A stretch of DNA of 64,000 bases, from NCBI GenBank assembly GCA_013239625.1, contig MU053448.1, positions 248,001-312,000 of the forward strand, given 5' to 3'. Source of the DNA: Lama guanicoe. Taxonomy: Eukaryota. Shown here one piece after another: positions 46,010 through 56,120 of this stretch. The notes under the pieces were generated by a model that saw only the letters and a list, made by a program, of their open reading frames with translations, was not told where the DNA came from and did no database searches. The position numbers were made by a program, and so were the translations under genes. How positions within the stretch are numbered: the first letter of the stretch is position 1; each line of letters begins with the position of its first letter.

Positions 46010-46347
46010 AACACACGTGACATACACGTGGTCTAAGGTCTAAAGTTAAGACCCAAGATCACGTTTGGCCTTGACATCTGGTCACTGGGATGACGAACCG
46101 CAAGTTCCCGCCCTCCCCGACTCTGCTCCCACGCCAGGTCCAAAGCCTAACAAACCCACCTCATCACGGGGACTGGGCACAGCGCCTGCTTCTCTTTGAG
46201 TAGTGAGCGTCCCTGCCCTGCCGCAAGTGTGTGGTGTCCTCCTAGCCGTAAAAGTGACTAATAAACTGCTCGCGTGTGCCCCGTGTCAGGTGCCACGGGG
46301 AGGAAATCCCTCCTCTACCAACAAGGTGAAGAAGTGATTAAATAACA
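46010..46347 (+). mobile_element. Degenerate ERV LTR
   Basis: LTR-like layout with AATAAA at ~46260 and a taaca end; family not resolved. Confidence 0.35.
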
Positions 46348-47095
46348 CTTCATAATGGAATCTTATTCATTTTATCCTGGGACCACTGAAAGTTCATGGC
46401 TCTTAACTTTACTATGCCTATATCTAAATTTTCTCCACATTTTACATAAAGTTGCACACCTTTTTCCCTTTTTAAATTTGTATTTATTTATTATGGAAAA
46501 TTTCAAAAGTAGAGAAGGCCTTTTTTGGTCTGTTGGGTCAATCTTACCACGCGTGTGGCTCTAGAGAGCTGCACTCCTCTGCCCACCTCATTTCTCAACA
46601 CAGGATCAAGGCTCCCTTCAGACAAGTGTCATCACTGCCCAGACACACCACAGCCCTCCCACTCTCCATCCCACTACATAAAACCTGCCCTTCGCCCAAG
46701 GCCAGCTCACACTTCAAGCTGTGCTACAAAGACTTCTCCAAGAGCTACAGCCCACGGCATTTTCTCTCCTTGGCACTTACTTTATTTATTGATAGCTTCA
46801 GAAAACTTAATTCCCAATTGCAGTTCTATCTTCGAATATAAACTCTTAAGTTTCTTCAAGACAACAACTTTTTCTTTCTTTCTTTCTTTTTTTTTTTTTT
46901 GGTGGTTTCCCCACAGAAGGCACACATTTATACTGGCAAATTTGATTTGTAAGCTTTTCTAGGTTCGTTCACTCATGGAACTAACCGTGGGGGGCCGGGG
47001 GGAGGATGACAAGTAACAACAGTTGCGTGCCGTCAAATTACATAGCAGTCTCCAGCCACTAAATTAAGTAAATGAAATGATCTCATCTGACTTAC

Positions 47096-47216
47096 AGTTT
47101 GAAAACAGGGTATCAGTGTGAAAGTCCTGAAAGGAATAGTTGCTTCACTATTTTCGGACCTGGTAATGTTCTGCTCCCACTCTGTGTAAGTGAAGCTCAA
47201 TCACAGCCAGGAGAGC
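47096..47216 (-). other. NIPA2: Putative NIPA2 non-coding 5' UTR exon (121 nt)
   Basis: tctctgttttag|GC acceptor and ACT|gtaagt donor on - strand, between the promoter and the first coding exon. Confidence 0.65.
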
Positions 47217-47861
47217 CTAAAACAGAGATAATTTTTTAATTCCTTAAGGATTAGCTATGAGACACAGCCAGGTTTAAAGACAGCTAAACAAGAAAACGTG
47301 GTAAGTTTCACTTCAACTAAGTTCCCAAACCAAAGATGACAGGCTGGTGGTGGTAACCTGTCCATCTTACCTCTCAGAAGGACTCGGGGGAAGGTCCCAC
47401 TTCCCCACCTCTGGCTGTTACTGTTATTTATATGTGGCCATCTGTTCCATAAACATGTACTGAGCAGCTATGATGTGGCAGGCATTGGAGTCATAAAGAT
47501 GAGCAAAGCCCCTGTCCTCAAGGACCCCACAAACAAGCAAGAATTATGAAAATAATCGGTTCAAATTGTAAACACACTTCTACTTTTAAAGACTTCTCAA
47601 ATTTCCAACTTGTTCCTTCTAAACTTTCACACACTTAATCTTCACAACTGGCTTTTACTAATATTTATGAATACTTAAAATGTTAACTTCCACTAAATTT
47701 AAGTATGTCAAAAGTGAAATTTAAATATCTCCAAGAAAACAAAATTATGAAATTGGTCCATCTCCTTCTAAAATGTGGAGAACACATAATTTTAGGAACA
47801 GAAATACATGGATAGCATTCTAATATCTATAAGAAAAGCCTACATTAAGATTTGCTTTGCA

Positions 47862-47952
47862 GCAGGGAGGGTATAGCTCAGTGGTAGAGGGTGTGCTTAG
47901 CATGCACAAAGTTCTGGGTCCAATTCTAAAAAAAAATGCAGCTCTTAAAAAA
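47862..47952 (+). mobile_element. 3'-truncated tRNA-derived SINE
   Basis: Perfect 15-bp TSD AAGATTTGCTTTGCA at 47847-47861 and 47953-47967. Confidence 0.85.
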
Positions 47953-48289
47953 AAGATTTGCTTTGCAAAGTGACTTTCATCAATCAACAAAGTTAGCTAA
48001 CTTTAAAAATTATACCAACTAAAGTACATTTATAGCTTTAAACTTGTCACAGTACTTTTGACATTTCATTTTCATCAAAGTATAAGAAGACAAGTGATAA
48101 GAGTCTCACGATGAAAAAAGTAGGCACAAAGATGTTAAGTAACTTATGCAGCTGCGGGGCAGCAGACTTAGGGTTAGAACCCAGGTCTCCTCATTCTCAG
48201 CCTTTTGCCTTTCCCACTGAAGTCTTCATTTAGGCCCCAACCTAGAACACAGGCCAGGGGCAGCTCCAACCAGCCTCTCAGTGTAGGTC

Positions 48290-49550
48290 GTTGTCTTCCT
48301 GTCCAACCTGCTCTTCCTTGTGTCCTGACCCAGGCTCCACCATCCCCTTTACCCAGAATGCAATCAAGGGCAAGGGTGCCAGATGGATTCTACCTCTGAA
48401 ATATAGCCTCGCACCTCCCGTCTCTTCCAACCCTAATCCAGCTTTAAAACATGCTGCTGCCACAATGCTCTCTAAAACAGATCGCTGCCATCTCATTCTC
48501 CTGCTTAGAATGGCTATTCACTTTTTATGGAAGTAACTCCAAATTTTCTAACCCAGAAACGAAGACCTCTCACCATTTGTTCCAAATCTATCTTTTAAAT
48601 CTTTGCTTCCCAATACTGTACTTCATGTACCCTGACTCTACCCTAGGCCAACACACTACTGTTTTATCCCTTTCATCTTTAAGGTCCTACTTCAAAAAAG
48701 CAACTCCACAAAGAAGCCCTACTTGAATCTAGTAAGACAATCTTTTCTGGATTCCCTAGCCTTTAACCTGAATCTCTCTCTAGACACTTTTCTAGCCTGT
48801 ATTATTACTAACGTACGTAACTCATATCCTCTTCGTTGTGGACAAGGGGTATGTTTATCTCATTTAGTCAGTCAACAAATATTTACATGAATATATACTA
48901 TGTTCGAGGAACAGGGGTACAGCAGTGAGTACAACAGACCAAAACCCTGCCCTCGTGGAGTGTACCTTCTGTTGGAGGTAGGGCAATACAATAAACAAAG
49001 CAAATAAGGACATTACATTGGAAGGTGGTGAATACTATGGTATAAAGAAAAGCATGTTGAAGACACTGGGGAGTTGGGATGGGGGGCTCCTATTTTAACC
49101 AGGCTGGTCAGGAGGCCTCATGGATAGGGTAACATTGAGCAAACGCTTGAAAGATACTAAAAGAACAAAGCAGAGAAAGCAGCAAGTGCAAAGGTACTGA
49201 GGTATGAGCAAGTATGCCATTTTCTAGGAAAAGAAAGGCCACTGTGGCTGACACTAACTGAGCAAGGGTAGGTGGGATACCATAGGGTACTTTTATACAA
49301 TAGAAATATCCTGAAAACCAGTGTGATTGATCCTTATTATCATGTCTCCCTAGTAGTAATATCTATCACTTACTGAACACCTATGAAGGCAGTGCTCCAG
49401 GTAATTGATACATTAATTCTAATCCACAAAATAATGAGAAAAAGTATCATTACTCCACTTTGCAGATAAAGAAACCAAACTCTCCAGAGGTTAAATCACA
49501 CGTAGAGGACCACACAGAAAGTTACACAGCCTGAACTGGAACTCAAGTGT
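48290..49550. mobile_element. Cluster of L2 and MIR fragments
   Basis: tcatttagtcagtcaacaaatatt...ccctgccctcgtggag (L2); ctccactttgcagataaagaaacc...gaggttaa (MIR). Confidence 0.65.
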
Positions 49551-49754
49551 CCACCAGACTCTACTTATGTATACACAGCCCACATCATTAAAACCGCAGA
49601 GTTCTCAGTCTTCACTTCTGCTTAGTTTCCACTGCTTTAACTTTTTCCAGTCTCTCATTTGGCTATTTTTAAAAGCAATACTGATAAAAACTACAGAACC
49701 TTAATCTCCACGCCTATTAAGAAACATTAGTTATAAATTAAAATTTTAACTTAC

Positions 49755-49890
49755 ATGTAAGTTTAATATGGTCTCTCTTATGAAAAAAAGGCTGGAAGAG
49801 GTTTGAGATGACTTATTCACTCTCATTTCCTCGTTAATAATACCCTTTATTCTCATTTAAAGTTTTAAGCCCTGGCAGAGTAGCTCCAGC
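49755..49890 (-). other. NIPA2: Putative NIPA2 non-coding 5' UTR exon (136 nt)
   Basis: Strong ttttttttctttccag|G acceptor and CAT|gtaagt donor on - strand. Confidence 0.72.
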
Positions 49891-50619
49891 CTGGAAAGAA
49901 AAAAATACAGAATTGGGCAAAAGGGATGAATAGTTACTGAATACGTTTTAAAAATTTTTGGTTACGAGCCTGCATACTCGTTTTACTCATCAATTAACAC
50001 AGTACCTACTCAACCGGGCATAACATACTGCTTCAACAGCTTCCTGGTATGAACCAAAATCTCTATTCTCTCACATTCATTCTAATTATTTAAAAACAAA
50101 AAAATCACTAAGTGGGCTCACGGTATATAGAGAATTTCTAGACACAGAACCATTCCTGTAGTAAATGAATTGAAAAATCTAGTAGAGGTTCAAGAGACAT
50201 GAACACTAAACTATATTGAGTTTAGTAAAGTTGTATGAAGAGGAAGAGAGGATTCAGTGGCTTTACAAAAGTTAGGAAATTAAGCAAGCCACGTTCAAAA
50301 CGTTACAGCGACATCTAAAGCTTGTTCAACTATCAGTTAATATCTCCGCAGGAGCTGAAACAATCTTCTAAAACTCTCAACAAAATGAAACTATTTTAAT
50401 GAACTTAATGACCACGCGCCCCGCACAGGGCCAGGCCAGGTTTCAGTGGGATTTACTGACAATCCAATTCCTGGTGCTACTTCTCGATGCAGATTAGGAG
50501 GAAAACCTCTTCCATCTCAGAACACGCGTGGCTCAGCGTTCCCCAGGGCCCTGAAGGGTCCTTCCCGACCCAAGATGGGCAGGCACCCACCCAAAAGTAG
50601 CCCCTTGGCGCTTGCCTGA

Positions 50620-51060
50620 AAGGAAGAAAGTGGCGACCTCACCCCGGTCTGCAGGCCCGCCGCGCGGCTTCCCGTCCACTCTCCGGCCCCGGTCACCTCG
50701 GCTCACACTCCCACACAGGCCGCACTAGCCACCCCCTCCTGAGTTCGCGTGGCCAGCGCCTTCGTCGCCGTCCAGTGGGAGGTGCAAGCATCCGGGGCTG
50801 CAGCCGTGCGCGCCGCCTCCTCCATGGGGGAGCGCCGAGGGGAACCCGCCCCGGACGACCTCCGGTCCCCGCCGCCGCCACCGGGACCAAGGGGCGCCAC
50901 CGAGGAGAACCTGGGCGCGGCCGAGTGACGCAAGAGGCGGCGCGCGCACGCGCAGTGCGGGGCGGCAAAGTTCCCGCCCCCGACGCGCTTTCGGGTGGTG
51001 TTCCGGCTTCTTTACCAAAGTCTTGGTTGGCGGAGCGCAGGGGGCGGGCATAAGGGAGAA
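50620..51060 (-). promoter_or_regulatory. NIPA2: CpG island: NIPA2 promoter and first exon
   Basis: Dense CpG; GC boxes (GGGGCGG ~50959, CCCGCCCC ~50973, GGGGCGGG ~51041), NRF1-like GCGCACGCGC ~50944, CRE-like TGACGCAA ~50926, ETS CCGGAA on - at ~51001; candidate donor GAG|gtgacc at 50697. Confidence 0.85.
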
Positions 51061-51336
51061 GGGTTGGAGGCAATGTTTTGCAAGCTAGTTTGCTGACAAG
51101 GGGACGAAAGTCCAAGTACCGCTTGCTACGAATTCCCACCTGCGGCAAGCATGTGAGGTTGCAGTTCAAGCCCTGTCCCTAGAGGGAAACGATCCTGGGA
51201 GAGGGCAAGGGGCGGGGCGCAGGGGTGGGTTTGGGATCGCAGAGAGGCTAGACCAAGTGCGGGGATAGGCGGCGTAAGGCCTTTCCCAAATGTTAACTAA
51301 GGGAACCTTGGGTAAGTTTGTGGTTTGGTAAAAGCC

Positions 51337-51841
51337 TGTGAATGAGAAGGGTTGCCTGCCATATTAGTAAATAAAGAATGTTGTAGCCATCAAGCCACTA
51401 TAGCCACCTTGATGGTGAGCCCTGGGGGATCTCAGGATGGAGACAGACGGGCTGCTGCTGCCAAGTCCTCGCCATCCTCAGGGTGAATGGGAACTGAGGG
51501 GACTCAGGATGGGAAAGAAACAGATATTGGCCCCAGATAGCTAAGGTGCATATGAAAGGAATGATTTCAATGAGCCCAGATTCTTGCACTTCCCATACAT
51601 AGGAAAGTGCTAAACTCATTAACTTGAGATGTTTTGATTTTCTTTAATCAACAGTAATCTTTTGATGTTCTGACTACCTGGTTTTTGTTGCCAAAACCCC
51701 TATAAATCCTGGCTCCTCCCTTACTTCTTTGGAGAAGTCCCTTAGAACTGAGAGGCTGTCACCTGGCCTTGAAGTCCTCAGAAAATCTGCCAAATAAAAC
51801 ATAATTCTCATCTTTCAGGTTGTGTAGTTTTTCAGTCGACA
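51337..51841 (+). mobile_element. ERV1 solo LTR, MER41-like (cetartiodactyl)
   Basis: TG...CA ends, TATAAA at 51701, AATAAA at 51793, flanks AAGCC/AATCC; ggccccagatagct..ggtgcatat..aaggaatgatttc motif recalled from MER41_BT-type LTRs. Confidence 0.72.
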
Positions 51842-53659
51842 AATCCATCTCCCAACACTTGGAAGAGAGATTTATTTTTCATGAGATGCATAGGAAATCC
51901 ACTGTTAGGCTGTCCCACCTTGGCTCCTCCTGGAACATAGAAATTTCCTGGGGGGAGCCCATCATCATGATTTCCTCAAAACAGGACACACAGAGGGCTC
52001 ATTAATAAGAAGCCAGGAAGAGCAACTAGCTAGATCTGGAGTGAGACCTGCTAATAAATCAATAGTTCCTTGGTTACACGTGCAAACATCCTTTGGGGAT
52101 GTTCTTCCAGTTTTTGACTAGATACGAAAACACTATTATACCAAATTTAAATCATTTGGGGTGGGAATCTTTCTAAAATGAATTCTGTGCTTATTTAGCC
52201 AGAAAATGCCAAATATAATTTGTTCTTTTCAGACTGTAGTCCCATTGGACTGTTATGTTCTAGACTGCACAGCCCCTAACCACCCTGGTTTCAGTAACTA
52301 TGCAGCTTCTAATCTAAAAGTTTTTCGTCTTCTGTGAGCTTGGCAACCAGACAATGGGGCTTCTTAGAACTGGCTCAGAGGAACTTTTTTGCTTACGTTT
52401 TGGTCTCAGCCGAATTCTGGCTAGATGGCATCATCAAATAAGAAATTACATTGACTGTGGGAAGTTGGTTGGCAAGCCGGTCTCTGGTGATTGTTAAAAA
52501 TGGCTCTGATTCTCGACCTGTCCTTGTGCTCATACATTTCGCAAAGTTGCTTTGCAGTCCCACTTCATCCTCTGATTCTGCCTTTGCCTCGGGACTGACT
52601 TTGGCCCAGAAAATATGCTGGTTCCCAGCTTAAATCATGACGAGAAGAAGCCTGGACTAGTTTGCTGGATGAGGAGACCACGTAGAGCAGGGCAACTTAC
52701 GAGGCCACCTAGCTGACCCTTCATTGAGACCAGAGATTGAGTCAAGTTGGTTGAGGTCCACATAGACATATGAGAAGGAATAAAGGGATCTTGTATTAAG
52801 CCACTCTTTTTGACATGGATTGGTAAGTAGCAGTAATAAATCCCAACAGATACCTCTGGGAGACAGATGGCTGTAATGAAAGTCGTGGTTGGTTTGTATG
52901 AACAAGAATGCTTAGAAATTTTGTTGATTTAATCTAACAAATGAATTTGCTTGCAGGTCTTTTCTGCCAGTATTCTAATCATCCTAGCCTCATCTAATCA
53001 TCTTTTTCTCAGCATTGTAGCCCACCCATTCATTATCCTCTCACATTCATTATCTGGACCGCCCCCCACCACCTGCTGCCAAACCTGACACTCACTGTCA
53101 TATTGCACAGTGGACTGTTTTTATAAGTTTATGTAATATTGCTTGCTAGTACGATGCAAGCTCCTTAAAATCCCAAATCACATCTCCACCACATGATGCT
53201 TTACACCCCATATGGATCATGAGATATTTTTAAAGTTTTAAAAATTGAATGCCTTTTTATACACTGCTGGTAGGACTGTAAAATGTTACAACCTCCTTGT
53301 AAAACAGTTTCACAATTTCTTAAAAAGTTAAAACATGTACCAACCATACAATCCAGCGGTTCTACTCCGAGGTGTTTTTACCCAAGAGAAGTGAAAGTGT
53401 ATAGCCATTAAAATATACCATGTAAGTGACTGTTACGTGAATGTAAATGAGCACTCAATAATGGCTTTACTTATAATAGCCAAAAAATAAAAACAGTCCC
53501 AAAGCCAAGCTTATTTGAGGTCACAGATGACCTACAAATGTAACAGGGCACTTTCTGAAACATTTGTTGGAGGGAGAGGGGGGAGCTCTTTGAGAAAGAC
53601 AGTAATAACTTGAAGTGAATTAAGTAGAACACTAGGATATGCATTAAAAGCCAGGAGTT

Positions 53660-53990
53660 GGCTTTTTTTAACACCTTTATTGTTGTATGATTCCTGCACA
53701 GTACACTACACATTTCATATGTACAATGTAATGAATTTTGGTATACACACCCGTGAAACCACCACCACGATCAAGATAGCTGACATTTCTGTATAACTGA
53801 AAATTGTGCTCTACACTGGAATTTGACACAACATTGTAAAATGACTATAACTCAATAAAAAAAATTGTTAAAAAATATATGTATACATATATATGTACTT
53901 TTCTGTACAACTGAAACATGGTAATCAACTATACTTCAATAAAAAATTAAAAACTAAATTTAAAAAAAGAAGCTACCATTTCCATCACTC
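53660..53990. mobile_element. Nested L1 3' ends (young sense copies inside an older antisense L1M)
   Basis: gtgctctacactggaatttgacacaacattgtaaaatgactataactcaataaaaaaa and caactatacttcaataaaaa tails. Confidence 0.7.
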
Positions 53991-54107
53991 CCCAAGAGAT
54001 GCAAATTTCTAATTCACAATTTATCCCTTCCCACCCCCTTTACCTGCTGGTAACCGTAGGAGTTGGCTTTTAATAATTGCCTCACTTGATGAAATGGTGG
54101 GTGGATC

Positions 54108-54598
54108 TGGTAGACAGAATAATGGTCTCCCAAAGATATCCACAGTCTTCATCCTCGGAACCTATGGCTATGTTACCTTGCAGGCAAAAAGGACTTTGCA
54201 AGGATATTAAGTTAAGGATGTTAATATAATCTTGGAATATCCAAATGGGCTCAGAATGATCACAAGGGTCCTAGTAAGAGGGAGATAGGAGTGTCAGAGT
54301 CAGAGAATGAGATATGACCATGAAAAAAGGCTCAGAGAGATGCAACACTGTTGGCTTTGAAGATGGAGAAAGGGGAACAAGCCAAAGACTGTGCCAGGCC
54401 TCTAGACACTGAAAAAGGCAGAGAACAGATTTTCCTCTAGGGCTTCCGGAAGGAATGTAATCCTGCCCACATCCTGACTTTAGCCCAGTTCAACTTGTGC
54501 TGGACTCTGGCCCCCCACAACTGTGAGATAATAAATTTGTGTAGTTGTAAGCTACAGCGTTTGTGGTAACTTGTCAGAGCAGCAGTAGAAAACCAACA
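54108..54598 (+). mobile_element. MLT1D-like LTR
   Basis: tggtagacagaataatggtctcccaaagatatccac...ggctttgaagatgga...gtttgtggtaacttgt..agcagcagtagaaaac. Confidence 0.85.
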
Positions 54599-55469
54599 CG
54601 GTGAACGAGCACACCGAGCCAGGGGAAGGAGGGACCTCACTGACTTCCCCCGGGCATCTTCAGCCAAAATAAAAAGATCCCATTTTATGGACAACCTAGT
54701 TTGACTTTTCCTCCACCTTCCAGGCCCTTCTCTGTTGTTTTACATGGATTTGTTGCGTTTGCTTCTTGGCTGGCATCTCTCCTACCCTGCTTGGCGTGGT
54801 GCACCTCCAATCCCAACTCTTACCAATAATTAACACCTCGCATCTCTGAACTGCTAATACGGAGAGAAGAATCTTATTATTTCTCTTTGTTTTTTAACTG
54901 TGCCTCAGCTTTCCAACACAAAAAGCCTTTTTGAAACTACCGTATGAGGTTCAAAATGTGGTGTGATCAACATCACAACAGATTCTGACTATGTCATGCC
55001 AAAGGGACACCTGACAGAGGCGTGACCCATCAGCAGAGGAAGCAGAGAGCTGGCAGCGTGCCTGATTGCCTGCAGTCCTCAGCACCAAGTGTAGAACTCA
55101 GGTTCAACAGGACTGTGCTTGGCTAGCAGCTAATGATTTTCTTGTAGTAACCAACTCCAGCAAGCTTTTGTAGAATTTGGTCCTTACACATTTCACAACC
55201 CCAAAAAACTGTGTGGAAAGGATTATCCAGAGACAATTGATGCTTTCTTAAAATGTTTGTTTCTGATTTCTGTACAGGTATACTGTAATCAAAATGTGAG
55301 TAATTCAATCCTTTTGGATAGCCCTGAAGAAAAAATATTTCTGCTCAAATATTTTTTTCATTTAATAAAATTATTTACAGGACACTAATAAAGATTAATG
55401 ACAAGATTTCTGATGACACTGGGAGTATTAAAATGTGTTATGATTCTCAAATTTTCGATGAATTTAAAA

Positions 55470-55720
55470 TGTTATGTATAGCCGGTATAATTACCAATAC
55501 AGTGTTGTGCATTTCAAAATCTGCTAAGTGGACAGATCGCTTACTAAGTGTTCTGACCCCCTACCCCCGCCAAGGGAACTTTGGAAGGTGTTGTCTATGT
55601 CTGTTCCCTTGATAATGGTGATGGAGCCATGTTTACATGTGCCCAAACTCATCAAATTGTACATGTTAATTATGCACAGTTCCTTGTGTAGCAATTATGC
55701 TTCAATAAAGCTGTTAAAAT
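55470..55720 (+). mobile_element. L1MA 3' end
   Basis: ccaaactcatcaaattgtacatgttaattatgcacag...caataaagctgttaaaa. Confidence 0.7.
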
Positions 55721-56055
55721 ACAATTTTCCAAATGTTAGATGCTATATACCTCAAAAACATGTACCAGGTATTAACATATTAAAATATAGCTGATTTTCT
55801 TTAACACCATCCTTTCATTGCATCAGAAGGGAACTACTGGATGGTGAAGTCCTTCACACATCATGGATTTGCTCCCTAAAAGATGCACAGGGTGGACATT
55901 TTCTACACTGCAGTGGAGCCGTGGGCTATTCGTTCCTGCAAAGAAAGTGGGAGACGTTTGACTGAGGAATTAGGATGATGTGGAACGTCAGACCACACAA
56001 ATATTTCACGGAAAGGGTTAAAAACACAACGAGTGTTCAGCTAGAAATAAGTTAC

Positions 56056-56120
56056 TTTATTTTAAAACACATACAGATTAATAAATATTATTGGAAAACT
56101 TAATAAATAGCCTTTTTATT
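56056..56120 (-). terminator. NIPA1: Probable NIPA1 polyadenylation signals
   Basis: AATAAA on - at 56056-56061 and 56115-56120, ending a largely repeat-free ~5.3 kb block downstream of the stop. Confidence 0.6.
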
